From Blepharisma stoltei ATCC 30299 (Eukaryota > Protista > Ciliophora): DNA of 64,000 nucleotides. A program made the translations under genes and the position numbers. The DNA is taken from positions 186,001 to 250,000 of the forward strand of contig CBFDEM010000006.1 in NCBI GenBank assembly GCA_965603825.1, written 5' to 3'. Positions 50,567 to 62,088 of this stretch are shown here, in pieces. The notes under the pieces were generated by a model that saw only the letters and a program-made list of their open reading frames with translations, ran no database searches and was not told where the DNA came from. Position 1 is the first letter of the stretch, and each line of letters starts with the position of its first letter.

Positions 50567-51559
50567 TTAAAGAGACTCTAATTCTCGCTCAATTTTTTCT
50601 TTGCTTTGGAGTTTCATCATTTGTTGGGGATCGAGTTTTTCACCTCTTTTGTAGGCTTCTTCGAGGAGCTGGATTTCTTTGAGCTTCTTTTTCAGAGTTT
50701 TTTTGTTTTTTGTGATAGAGGCAGAAACTTGGAATTCGGCTAGGGTGTTGAAATCTGACTGAGAGATGGGAAGAGAGCTATTGGAGTCAGATTTTTTTGA
50801 TGGCTTCTTTTTAGGCTTGGATTTAACTGTGACCCACTCGTCTTCGTCTTTTGGTGTGTGAGGTTTAATTGGAGATTGAGATTTTGAGGTCGGGAGGATT
50901 GGCTCAGATTTTTGAGGAAGAGGCTTTGGATCTGAAACTTTTGTGTCTGGAGTAGGAATTGAAGAATCAAGAGGATCTTGCTGATTTTTTGTCTTAGAAT
51001 TTATAGGTGATGGCTGCAGTTCTTTTGCTTTGGAATCTGACTCTGAATCTTTATTTTCATGTGTAAACTCTTCAAAACCAGGCGGAAGTCCAAATTGAAT
51101 CCCTTCTATGCATCCAATCATTTCTGAATCAGGCTCCAACCACTTATTCGTAGGCAAATACACATCATTAGGGTCTTCTGCACTCTCCTTCTTATTTGTG
51201 TTATTTGTGCTATTCTTACTATTTTTTTTCTTCTTTTTAGCCTTGGTTGCAACCGGAGCAAATCCAGGTGGCAAATCACTTTGTGCTTTTCCTTTGTAAT
51301 GAGACGGATTTGAATTAATTGTCGCCTGCATTTGTTTGAATACATCTTCTCTTTCTTGAATTTTATTTTTGCAGGTCTGAATGTGTGCTTCGAGCAGTTG
51401 TGTAGGAACATGATGCAATGCGTTGTAAGGACAGATTGCAAAACCGCTTGACTGATTTATTTTGTCTTTACACTCTATAAGGTGCCATTCAAGCCTGTTG
51501 CTTGGCATGACGTGGTTTTTGTTATATGGACAAACCAGGGATTCTTTTGAGCTCCTCAT
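50567..51559 (-). CDS. Gtsf1/Asterix-like tandem CHHC zinc-finger protein with a C-terminal PYM/eIF2A-like helical motif
   Basis: CPYNKNH...HLIEC and CPYNALH...HIQTC; C-terminus LKKKLKEIQLLE...GEKLDPQQMMKL. Confidence 0.78.
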   Translation of the reverse strand: MRSSKESLVCPYNKNHVMPSNRLEWHLIECKDKINQSSGFAICPYNALHHVPTQLLEAHIQTCKNKIQEREDVFKQMQATINSNPSHYKGKAQSDLPPGFAPVATKAKKKKKNSKNSTNNTNKKESAEDPNDVYLPTNKWLEPDSEMIGCIEGIQFGLPPGFEEFTHENKDSESDSKAKELQPSPINSKTKNQQDPLDSSIPTPDTKVSDPKPLPQKSEPILPTSKSQSPIKPHTPKDEDEWVTVKSKPKKKPSKKSDSNSSLPISQSDFNTLAEFQVSASITKNKKTLKKKLKEIQLLEEAYKRGEKLDPQQMMKLQSKEKIERELESL

Positions 51560-51614
51560 CTTTATAGAGTATTATCGGGATTAAAATGGTTTTAAATTCT
51601 ATTAATCATTTACA

Positions 51615-53918
51615 TTAAGGGTATGCTATTCTACCCAGTTCATTTTTCATATTATTCAGCCAATTTCCATGCTTTGTAAGGACATCACGTGTATATTCTC
51701 GATTTTTCGCATATGCATTGACTTCACGCTGATAAACACGGATATTATTGGCTTTCCAAGCTGGTCTCACATATTGAGCCCACATTGGAGGATGAGGCTC
51801 ATTATTTTCAGGAGGAGAATCAAAACTATCGCCTCCTCGGTTTCTTCATTCATCAAGTATGCGATCTTCTTCTAATGACTCCATTTCTACTCTTGAATAA
51901 GACACATCTTCGTCTCTTGTACCTTTCAATAGCTTTTCAGCTGCTTTTAAGTCTTTTACCCTTCTATTGTGAACTTCTATTTGTTTTTCAATTAATTTTT
52001 TAACTTTTGCGAGCTCTTGGCGTCGTTTTTCACTGGGGTGCTCTTTATAATATTGGAGGTCTTTTCTTCATTTTTCTCTATCCATCTGGAGCTCTTTTTG
52101 GAAACTTTTTAGTTCTCTTCGTTCTTGTTTGAGGGCTTCTTTCCATTTGCTGACAACTTCTTGGCTTTCTTTTCGTCTCAAATTTTCTTCTTCCTCAATC
52201 CTTTGTTTTTTATCAAGTATTTTTCTTAACTCAAAAACTTCTTTTTCCAAATTTTCAATTCTCTTAGGGTGGACTTCTGCAAATTTTTCAATTTCCCTTT
52301 CTTTTTCTCTGATTTGCCTTTGATATTCCTCAATTAATGAAGTATCTGTATTGATTCTTGTTTCAATTTTAACTTTTTCAGGTGTTTTTGCTTTGAGCTC
52401 GCTTTTAATTTTATTCAAGTCTTCTTGTAGATATCTTAAGGTTTCTTCTTTAGACTCCAGCATTCTTTGTGCAGATGCATACTCATTTTGCAAACTTGAA
52501 AGCCTTTCTTCTAGTTTTTCTTTAAAAAACAAATCAGGCTTCCTTACTGATTCAAGCTTTCTTTCTTCAGAAATTAAAATTCCTTCTAGCCTCTCTCTTA
52601 AATCATTTAGCTGCTCTTTTAAGTATAATTCTTGGTTAATTCGGTGGTTTGATAATTTGTCTTGAAGGATTTGCTTTTGCTTTTCCTCTTCTTGTAGAAG
52701 CTCGCTTTCGAATTCTTTTTCCCTCAAAATTCTTTCGCTTTGTTTTCTTTCTTTGAACGTTGATTCTATTCTTTCTTTTTCACTAAATAATTTTTCTTGT
52801 AGCTCGTTTTTATATTTTGCTACTTCCAATGCTGTACTGGTTTTTAGTTCGTTTTCTATTACGTTTAGCCTGAATTTTTCATCCTCAGAAAGTTCTTTTT
52901 CTTGCTGCTCTTTGGCTAGAAACATTTGCCACTCGAATTCTTTTTCAATTTTTTTCACTTCATTTTGATAGTCATTTTCAGCATCATTTTTTAGCCTATC
53001 TATTTTTTTCTCGAATCTCTGCTTGCACTCTTCTTGCTCTTTTACTTCTCATTTAACTCTTTCCTTGTAAGTATCAATTTCTTCTTGCAGCTGCTTTATT
53101 TCTTCTTCTTTCAGCATCGAAATTCTTTTTAGCTCAACTTCAAGGTCTTTCTTATAAACTTCAGCTTGTTTTCTCTTCTTTTCTTCAAGGTCATTTGCAA
53201 ACTCCTTTCTTAATTCATCTAATTTGGCAGTCACTTCTTTATTTAAAGCATTTTCTCTTTCTTGCTCAGCTTTTTTTACTAATTTGTTGATTGAGTCTTG
53301 CTGTTTTTCTAATTTTTCCTGATGCTCAGCTTGCAATTTATTTTCTTTGTCTTTATGGATTTTTAAAATTTCTTGTTTTTCCCTTTCTATTTCTTTATCA
53401 ATTTGAGCTTTCAGTTGTTTTCTTTGGTTTTCAAAATCAAGTCTAATTCTTTCAATCTCTTCATTATAAGCTTGTTCCATCTGGTTTTTTCTATTAACAA
53501 ATTCTGAGCTTGCATTTATTTCGTTTATCAGTTTTGGCTGTTTTTTAGGCAAATTTTGAGGTTTTTCAACAAATTCTTTTGGAGTTGGGCTTTTTGACGA
53601 TTTCCTCGTTGGAGTTTCTTTACGCTTTGCTTTGGCTGCCTTGGCTTCTCTTGCCATCTTCTTATAGTACTCATCACATGGGTGAGTCCATACGCTTTCT
53701 CCTGTAGAAAAATTAAAATAGTAAATCTCTCCATTCTTGTTTTTGCATGGTTTTCATTCTGAAGGCAATGGAGCCATCAGCCCTTCTCTTGCTATGTATA
53801 GCAAATCTTTATCTTCTGGCAGTTCTAAACCAAGCCATAAAGCATATTCTTCAACGTCTGTTTTTGAAGGCTCATAGTTTGGGTCGATTTCTTCAACTAG
53901 AACAGTGCTGTCATCCAT
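51615..53918 (-). CDS. CEP164: CEP164-like WW-domain coiled-coil protein
   Basis: With TGA=Trp one 767-aa frame starts MDDSTVLVEEIDPNYEPS...IAREGLMAPLPSE-W-KPC...YYFNFSTGESVWTHPCDEYY, followed by a long coiled coil. Confidence 0.85.
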
Positions 53919-54027
53919 TTTTGAATCTTTATAAGAATCAAATGAAAAATTTTCTTTATAAAGCGATTGAATTTAATGCTGAAATAGAAAAGAATGATTA
54001 AAATAAATTTTATGAAAAATGAATAGA

Positions 54028-54567
54028 TTAATCAAGACGATGCCCTCTCCCTTCAAAATAATGAGGAGCTGAAGGTGGAGGTGGCTGGTAATTCCCTTGG
54101 TTTCTTTGATTCCAACTGCTATTCATTTCAAAGTTTCCTCTGTTTTCTGTTATATAAATAGCTGCTTATATTTTACCTTTAACTTCTTTGTACGTCAAAT
54201 AACAATAATACATACTAATAAGGTAAAAAGGGACTTTTGTCAATAAAAATACTTCAAATAAGTGAGATCCTCCAAAACCTTGAGGTGAGCCGATCGAGTC
54301 CAATGTAAATAAAACAAGTGTAAGAAAATCTGTCAGAGTGATAAGGATATAAATCACACAGTTGCACCAATTTCGGTACTTAATAATGAAATAAAGATTT
54401 AATGCTCCAATAAACATCATTATGCTGTTTCAGGGATTCCTGACAAGCTCCAAAACTGCGTAAATTATCTGAGCTGCAAAAATGTATTTCAGGATTTTGA
54501 AGAGCTTGGAGAGCTGCTGAGAATTGTTTTGCCCGATACTTCCATTGAAGTCAAAGCAGCATAACAT
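54028..54567 (-). CDS. Small multi-pass membrane protein with a C-terminal SHP-box-like motif; intron 54162-54176
   Basis: ATG 54567, one TGA=Trp and a 15-nt intron; ends FEGRGHRLD (FxGxGxRL). Confidence 0.72.
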
Positions 54568-54758
54568 TTTTTATTATTAATTATTTATGCTGCAGATTTA
54601 GATGTATATTTATTATGGCTTTCTAATAATTTTAAAGCATTTTGATGCTGATATAATTTGGTTCTTTAATTATGTTAATGCAAACTAGATTTCTAAATAG
54701 AAAAAAATGAAATAATCTTCAATATGTATTTTAATTGGTATGCAAATAAACATAAAAT

Positions 54759-55706
54759 ATGAGAAATGTAAAGGGTTTTGACTTATTTAGAAAATCACTT
54801 GGCATCTCTGAGCAGACTTCATTAGGAGGAATAATCACGCTTATTGCATTCACTGCTATGGGCTTTTTATTTTCATCAGAGCTCTTTTACTATCTAGAGA
54901 ATACCATCAATAAAGAAACCATGATCGATCAAGATAGAGGTGCTAAATTGCTTCCAATAAATATAAACATTACTTTATACAGGGCTCCCTGCCTTACAGT
55001 AAGCTTAGATCAGCTAGATAGCTTAGGGAATCATGTTGTTGACGTTGGTGGTGCCTTAACAAAGACTCGTCTTGATAAAAACGGCAATCGAATATATGAG
55101 AAATTGCCTGAACTTAGTCAGAGCGCTGCAATAAAAATGACTGATGATGAAGAAGGTTGTGAGCTCTCAGGCAATTTCTCAGTGACCAAAACTCCTGGAA
55201 ATTTTCATATAAGTTTTCATGCAGCACATGAAATTATGATAAGGCTTCCATATCTGAATTTAAGGAAGCACAAATTAAGCCATCGCATTAATCATTTAAG
55301 TTTTGGAAAAGAACAAAAAAATCATTATATTTATTCAATTTTTGGCAATGGAGAACAGACAAACTTTGCTCCATATGATGGACTTGTAAAGAAGGATGTA
55401 GAAGGAAGCGTGATAAAGTATGAGTATAACATGAAAGTAATCCCAGTTCAGTATTATGATGAAGCGTCAGGGGAAGAGCTAAATAGTTACCAATATTCTA
55501 TGGTTGGATCTTCTGAGCCACTTAATAATGGATTCGGAATTATTTATTTTAGATATGATGTGGATAGTGTAACTATGAGATACACAAGAGTCACGAAATC
55601 ATTAACCAGCCTTCTTGTCTCAATGAGCGCCATCCTAGGAGGAATTTTTGCAGTCTTAGGGATCATTCATTCAGCAATGCAAGAAGCATTAAGGAAAACT
55701 AACTAA
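54759..55706 (+). CDS. ERGIC3/Erv46-like vesicle transport protein
   Basis: Motifs FDLFRK, GGIIT, EGC, PGNFH, SHRINHLSFG and AILGGIF. Confidence 0.9.
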   Translation: MRNVKGFDLFRKSLGISEQTSLGGIITLIAFTAMGFLFSSELFYYLENTINKETMIDQDRGAKLLPININITLYRAPCLTVSLDQLDSLGNHVVDVGGALTKTRLDKNGNRIYEKLPELSQSAAIKMTDDEEGCELSGNFSVTKTPGNFHISFHAAHEIMIRLPYLNLRKHKLSHRINHLSFGKEQKNHYIYSIFGNGEQTNFAPYDGLVKKDVEGSVIKYEYNMKVIPVQYYDEASGEELNSYQYSMVGSSEPLNNGFGIIYFRYDVDSVTMRYTRVTKSLTSLLVSMSAILGGIFAVLGIIHSAMQEALRKTN

Positions 55707-55755
55707 ATTTAATATTAGTTATTTAGCAAAAATTTCGTTGATAAAAGTATATAAA

Positions 55756-56853
55756 TTAAGAAAATATGTCTTCAAACACAGATTTTTCTTCATTTCTTAT
55801 ATGAGTTTGCATATCAATATTAAGCCAATCATTAGGGTGAGAGTGATTCATAGAATCAAAAGTCTGAGGCGATGAAAAGATGTCCATTTGAGGATTTAGA
55901 TTTACGCCCATTAAAGAAGGATTTATAGAACTATCTTGTTGACTGGTGGAGAATACATTTTCTAAAGGATGAGGGGTTTCTATCAATTGCTGATGAGGAG
56001 AGCTTTGAATTTGGCTTGAAAACCCAAAGTCTGTTAGTAAATCTTGACTTTGACTGTACTTATGTGTTATTGGAGGAGGGGATTGAGAATTTGGACCTCT
56101 GCTTCCATTTTGTGGCAATTTCATAGCGAGGCTTTTGTTTGCGAATACAGGAGTGTGGCTAGGAAGTTTATCTGATATTTCAAAATTTGATGTTTTTGCT
56201 TTATTTTCAAACAAAGCTGTAAGTTTATTATCCCCTGTGCTTCTTTTCTCGGTATTTTCTTGTAAATTTTGTTTGGAATTTACACTAATCCCATTGCCAG
56301 CAGTAAAAAAATTATTACTCAGGTCGTTTGCATCTAATTCCAGAAAATCGCTCCCTAGTTCTTTTTTCACATTTTTACCTTCAACCACGTCAGAAACTTG
56401 GCTATTTTGTGCTTTACTATCCTCTACAGGCTTACCAAATGTTTCTTTTGGGTATTCTCCTTGTGAGTTTTCTTTTTTAAAACCTGGATTAGGATAAGAT
56501 CTATTTCATATTCTTTGCTGGTATAAGAAATTAAATGAAAGACTGTCTACAAGGAGATCGGCGTCTGTCCGAGGATTATCAATAGTAATTACATGCTTGT
56601 TGTGGAAAAACCTGTATTGGAATACTCCTCCTATTGGTTTCATGCCAGTAAATAGCAGAGTCCTATCAAAGGTAACTCTTCGCTTATTTGTCAAAAATGA
56701 GCACTCGAGCTCAACGGTGTGCTCTTCTAAATCTAATTCGAATTTTCAAATAAAGTGTTTTTTAGAACTAGGTGGATATTACCTTCGAAATTTTAGCCCA
56801 ACTCCTTCAGATGATACGTGAAGCGGCTTGAAAGACTGATCCATTTTGCTCAT
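55756..56853 (-). CDS. FAIM-like N-terminal domain plus low-complexity tail; intron 56768-56782
   Basis: With the intron removed and TGA=Trp the frame reads WKFELDLEEHTVELECSFLTNKRRVTFD; the tail is S/Q/P-rich and ends VFEDIFS. Confidence 0.65.
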
Positions 56854-57013
56854 TTTTAAATATATGATAATGACACTTTTTTTTTAGATTTTAATAGTAG
56901 CTAAATTGAATTTTAAGCAGTTTTTATATGCCATAAGCTGACTATTATTTAGTTTTAATAATTTCCAAGATAATTTATATTTATATAATCTAAAATCATA
57001 TGGAAAATTTGTT

Positions 57014-57877
57014 TTATGCACGAATGTTAACTCGCTGAGATAAATTTACCATGGCTTCAGCTTCATCTTCATTCAGCTGATTTCCAGAAAGAAACACTTC
57101 TTTAAGACCTTTAAGTCTATCAACAATTTCTTTAATTGTGCTTGCAGATTTCCCATCAATTTGGTTAAAAGCAAGTCCTAGTTTTTTAAGATTTCATAGT
57201 TCCGATATCCCTCCAGCCAAAATAGACAGTTGCTCCGTGTCAATTTTTGTTGAGTCCAGATAAAGTTCCTCAAGCCTTTCCAAAGTTTGTAAGGCAACTG
57301 ATATATTTTGAGCCCCAGTTATTCCCAGAATATTTTGATGGATGCTTAGAATTTTCAGATTCTTTAAGTGTCTTAGTCCTTTAGCTAAATATGAAAAGCC
57401 CACTTCTGTGATGTTATTTTCTTCTATTGAAAGCTGCTGAAGACGCAGCAAGTTTGGAAGGCATTTTGTTATGTATTTTATCCCTGAGTCTCCTAAATTT
57501 GTCCTTCATAAATTAAGCTTGTAGAGATCTGGACAGTAAGGCAAAATGACACTTAAAAACTTTGCTTGTTTCGCATTGATTGCTCTAAATTTGAATGAAA
57601 CTTCTTGGACGTTTCTTGGCTCGCCATTTAAGACCTCTAGATAAATCAATAAGATTTCTGGGTCTATTTCAGACTTATGAAGCCTATAAAATGATTTGAG
57701 AAGTGATTTGCTTGAGTCATTGATATAATTCATGTTTTTTCGTGATGGTTTTGGTGCAGCTTGAGCTATTTGGGGCTGGGGCGTTGTTTTATATGCACTG
57801 TAGTCTGGAGCTTTCTTGGCAACCTTACTAGAATTTGTATCTTGGTAATCTAAGCAATAAGATCTGCAAATACCCAT
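57014..57877 (-). CDS. RI-like leucine-rich repeat protein with an MGxC N-terminus
   Basis: Repeats LxxLxIxxNxI and LEELYLDST; ORFs joined through TGA at 57506 and 57194. Confidence 0.85.
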
Positions 57878-58103
57878 TTTTTATTAGAAAAGAAGTCTGA
57901 TTAATTTTAAAAAATTATTAGATTAGAAAAATGAGAAATAAGATAGTTTTAGGCTAAATAAAATTATATTTATAATATTATTTATACCCAAATCAATAGT
58001 GCTTATGCTTTTAAATTTATTTTAAAAACATTAATTGGGGTTATTTATATTTTAAATGAGAATTATAAAATTTTCAAAAGCAAAGCCCCAATAAAAATAA
58101 GTG

Positions 58104-58829
58104 ATGAAATTCCAAGATTCCCAATCCCAACCTGAAGATTCTCCCTCTACAGATAATGATAATCCCGAACTCAAAAAAATTAGCATTGATAAGCAACCTT
58201 CCAATGGCATTAAATACACGCCCAGGCTAAAAAAAGAAAAAATTCCTCAGATGATTGACGAAGTCCTAAGCAACTTAAACCCTGATGTTTTAAAAAATAA
58301 ATCTTTATCACTTTGTGGAACTAGCGAACAATCTTCTACTGAATTATCCTTCGATAATGATAAGCCAATCCAAATTGGACGTGAAACTCTCTTTACTTCA
58401 ACTTTACTTAATTCTGCTTTAGCCAAGAAAAATAAATCACAAAAGCCAAAATATTCAGATGCATTGTTTAATGGTAATCCCAAGCCAAAAAATATCCCAA
58501 AGAAGACAGCATTAAATCCTTTTTCGAATATAAGAAAAAGCACAAAAAAGTTTGAGAGACCTAAGCTAACTGTTACAACTAATTCTGGGTATGATCCAAA
58601 AGATATTTTGAAAGAAATGCTAGTTAAAAGAGCTAGAATGAAAAATGAGCCCATAGTTAACACTTGGGGTGGCTTGAATGAATGGTATGAGGTTGATGAA
58701 AATTCTAGTAAGAACCAGAAGAGAAAAAATCAGGCAAATGGAAAAAATGTGTGAGAAGAGACAATTTGGTGGGAAGTTAATGGACACAAAAAACTTAAAA
58801 CTTCTGTAAGTGAAGATGATATGAAATAA
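58104..58829 (+). CDS. Hypothetical Lys-rich protein
   Basis: Frame extends through TGA at 58752 to TAA at 58829. Confidence 0.65.
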
Positions 58830-58996
58830 AAATAATGTTTAATTTATGCACTTCTTTTTAAATTGCAAGTAATTCTTAATTTTGATTTTCAGAAGCATAT
58901 AATAAATCTAAAACATTTACACATTTTATACTTATATTTTATTATAAATTCAAAAGAATAGGTATTTTTCTTTTATTCAATTTGAATAATAGCTCA

Positions 58997-59716
58997 ATGA
59001 CATTAAATAAATTTACCCTCTTATGTTTATTACTTGAACTTGCATTAGGAAACGATTTAGAATTCAAGCTGCAAGAAATTCCTAGCCCTTATTGTAAAAA
59101 CTCATGCAGTTTTTCTGAAGAATATCTAAATCTTATCACTTTTACAGTCTTAGCTCGCATAAGGCCTTCAGATAAACGCTACAAAACGTTTTTATCAGCT
59201 CTTAAGCTAATGATAGATCGCAATTCTTATAGACTTATAGAAACTGGCTCATACCGAGCATCAGATGATAAATTTTGTGTCCGAGACGGGTGTGGAACAT
59301 TAATTTTTTCTCAATTTGCTTTTCTTACTGACAGAGAATTTACCTCAATTGATATAGATCAAGAAACAGTTGAGATATCAAGAGAAGCTGTCAGTTTTTT
59401 TGGGGATAATACAAGATTGATTTGAAGTGATAGCATTGAATATTTGTCAAAAATCAATGAAACAATCGACTTTCTATATCTTGATAGTTTTGACTATGAC
59501 GAAAATAGCCCTGAGCTCTCTCAAGAGCATCATTTAGTCGAAATTATGGAAACATATAATAAACTACATAAGGATTCTATTATATTGCTTGATGATTGCA
59601 ATTTACCTTATGAAGGAAAGTGCAAGCTTGTAGGAGAATTTTTAGTTGAAAATGGTTGAGAAAAGGTAATGGATGAGTATCAAAGAATTTACCTTCATAA
59701 AGATAGCTTTCTTTAA
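58997..59716 (+). CDS. Class I SAM-dependent methyltransferase (Methyltransf_24-like) with signal peptide
   Basis: Motifs LIETGSYR, DGCGT, SIDID, IDFLYLDS, HHLVE, ILLDD, GK and G-W...YQ; two TGA=Trp. Confidence 0.8.
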
Positions 59717-59847
59717 TAATATAAAATACTTAATAAATGGAGTTCAAAAATATCGGAGTATACAAGTTGATTGAATTTTAAATTGGTTTTCTTATTGGTG
59801 GTTTTTCAAATGTATAATTATAGGGGGCTAGCATACCTTATATTTAA

Positions 59848-60519
59848 ATGATGTCAGATGCCAACGAAATTACTGATTTTTCTGAGTTACCTCACAAGAA
59901 AATAAAGCTTGAACCCACAGAAATTAATTCCAATGATGAGATAAGAATACCTGCCAACGTATCTGATTTAAACGAAAACTCCGAAACCGCTTCGTCCTCT
60001 AACCCACAAGAAGAAGTAAAAGCTTTAAATGACATTAAAAGAGAAGAAAATAGCTTAGAAGATTATGGAGACATAAAAAGGGGCTCAATTTGGCTGGGGA
60101 CTTTTTGCAATAAGCTCCATGGCTCAGTAGCTTGCACTTATATGATAAAATCGTCTAATGGTAAAGTTCTTGAGCAGATGACGAATATTTATTACAAAAA
60201 ATCCAAAGCTTTGTCAGTAATAAAACACTTAAGGAGAGCCATAAAAGTCTGTGGCCGTCGGTCGATGGTCCATATTGACATATGTACAGACAATGACGTA
60301 GTTTTTACCAATTTTGACAAGTTTAAGAAGCTGAATCCACAGTTATTAGAGGAAAGAATGAAGACAAGTGATTTATTTGCCAAATTTAATATGACTCATA
60401 AGTTTAAATGAGTTTTTAAGCCTGCTAATGTAGAAGCAAATAAAATTGCTAGAGAAGAGTTTGAAAAAAGAGATAAAGAAGAGTTGTCTGACTATTCTGC
60501 ACATGAGACTAATCCATAA
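59848..60519 (+). CDS. RNase H-like fold protein, probably catalytically degenerate (paralogue A)
   Basis: Frame extends through TGA at 60409 to TAA at 60519. Pattern of three strands, helix, IDICTDND and KFK-W-VFKPANVEANKIAR mirrors type-1 RNase H (TDS...WV...N..AD.LA). Confidence 0.65.
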
Positions 60520-60731
60520 TAGGAAAATAATTAATTTTTGATTAGTGTCATTTGCTATATAACTTTTCTAACCTTTAAAACTTTTTAAAAAGAGCATATC
60601 ATGCTAAAACTTATATAAAATAAAAAAATGAGATAATTCAAGACGTACTTGATATGCTTACTGAATGATGGTCGCTATTATATTTATAATGCATAGTTTA
60701 AGATAAGAATAATATTGGAGATTGCATATAT

Positions 60732-60821
60732 AAAAATAGTTTTTGCGCCAGGAGAGGTCTTGAATTTCCAACACCCGAGGGACTTGAATATATAAACGAA
60801 GTATCTCCTTAGCTTAGAACT
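60732..60821 (-). ncRNA. Predicted Pol III structured small RNA, copy 1 (90 nt, divergent)
   Basis: AGUU...GCUAAGGAGAUACUUC...CCUCUCCUGGCGCAAAAACUA-UUUUU; terminal stem AGUU/AACU; upstream element at -54..-65. Confidence 0.72.
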
Positions 60822-60874
60822 GAATATATATATTCATTTTAATTTAAATAATAAGCTTATTATCTTTATTTTTA

Positions 60875-60886
60875 TTATGGGATAAG
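60875..60886 (-). promoter_or_regulatory. USE/PSE-like element CTTATCCCATAA (copy 1)
   Basis: Identical 12-mer at the same spacing upstream of all three RNA copies; resembles the CCCATAA core of ciliate snRNA upstream elements. Confidence 0.7.
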
Positions 60887-61371
60887 AAATCTACACTTTA
60901 AAAATATGGAACTATGATTATTAGAGCATCTATGTGGCTTTAAATGACTAAATCCTATTATTAGTTACCTTAGTCAGAATAGGATTTAATTATAATTAAG
61001 AAATGCTGAAATATTTTAACGAAGCTATAACGTCTTAAATAAATATCACCAGAAGATCAGCAAAATTCACTGATCTCAGGGATTCATAGAGCTGAACTTT
61101 CCACCTTAGATTGCTTGAAATAATTGTAAAAGATAATGCTAATTACTTAAACCGATAATAGCAAGTCTACTAGCATTTTATTTTCATCTAAGGATATCAG
61201 ACAGATCAGATTATTATGAGCTTCTTTATATTTAAGATAAGATCATGCTATTAAAACTCTAAAATTGCATTTTTGAACTCTGCATACTAGAGCAATATCA
61301 CTCTGAACAGCAAGGCACAGGCCTTTAGAATCTAAGTAATTTTCAATCTTTTAATAGCTAAAAGGGCAGAT

Positions 61372-61457
61372 AAAAAGCTATTGCGCCAGGAGAGGTAAGT
61401 TAAGCCCGAAGGCATTGATCTTGAATAAATTCAGAAGTATCTCCTTAGCATTGAACC
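61372..61457 (-). ncRNA. Predicted Pol III structured small RNA, copy 2 (86 nt)
   Basis: GGUUCAAUGCUAAGGAGAUACUUC...GCC-UUCG-GGC...CCUCUCCUGGCGCAAUAGC-UUUUU; TTTATAAA at 61478-61485. Confidence 0.75.
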
Positions 61458-61509
61458 ATCTATAATTATCCCAACCCTTTATAAATTTTAATGAATTTAA
61501 TGAATTTTA

Positions 61510-61521
61510 TTATGGGATAAG
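61510..61521 (-). promoter_or_regulatory. USE/PSE-like element CTTATCCCATAA (copy 2)
   Basis: Lies at -53..-64 from the inferred start 61457. Confidence 0.7.
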
Positions 61522-61950
61522 TAAATATTGATGCATCTGATAAAAGTGGATATCTAATAATCAGGAGTTATTTATAATCAAGAAATGTTGAAATATTTAG
61601 CGGACGTAATGTCCTAAATAAATATCAGCAGAAGGTCAGCATAAATCACTAATCTTAGGATTCATAGAGCTGAGCTTTCCACCTTAGATTGCTAGACATA
61701 ATTGTAAAAGATCATGCTAAATACTTAAACCCATAATAACAATCTACTAGCATTTTATTTTTATTCTAAGGATATCAGATCAGATCAGATTATTATGAAC
61801 TTCTTTATATTTAAGATAAGATCATGCTATTAAAACTCTAAAATTGCATTTTTGAACTCTGCATACTAGAGCAATATCACTCTGAACAGCAAGGTACAGA
61901 CCTTTAGAATCTAAGTAATTTTCAATCTTTTAATAGCTAAAAGGGCAGAT

Positions 61951-62036
61951 AAAAAGCTATTGCGCCAGGAGAGGTAAGTTAAGCCCGAAGGCATTGATCT
62001 TGAATAAATTCAGAAGTATCTCCTTAGCATTGAGCC
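61951..62036 (-). ncRNA. Predicted Pol III structured small RNA, copy 3 (86 nt)
   Basis: Same as copy 2 except U3->C, which converts a U-G pair to C-G in the terminal stem. Confidence 0.75.
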
Positions 62037-62088
62037 ATCCATAATTATCCCAACTCTTTATAAATTTTAATGAATTTAATGAATTTTA

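Noticed and set aside
57035-57049. In-frame 15-nt GT-AG intron in the LRR gene
   Set aside because: It lacks the position-10 A seen in all other 15-nt introns and is not needed for the frame.
60732-60821. tRNA, 5S or telomerase RNA (TTCAAGTCC resembles a B box)
   Set aside because: There is no cloverleaf, no 5S signature and no telomeric template; copies 2 and 3 keep only TTCAAG.
60970-61146. Minus-strand reading frame of about 57 codons inside the repeat
   Set aside because: It has no ATG or recognisable motif, and the second copy has indels relative to it.
61372-61457. U6atac or U6 snRNA (contains AAGGAGA and a GCCYUCGGGC hairpin)
   Set aside because: No AGC catalytic triad or internal stem-loop follows the box, AGGAGA is paired in the core helix, and ACAGAGA is absent.
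61725-61740. Plus-strand AAACCCATAA as another snRNA promoter
   Set aside because: The sister repeat copy has AAACCGATAA, and no convincing structured RNA or terminator lies at the expected distance.
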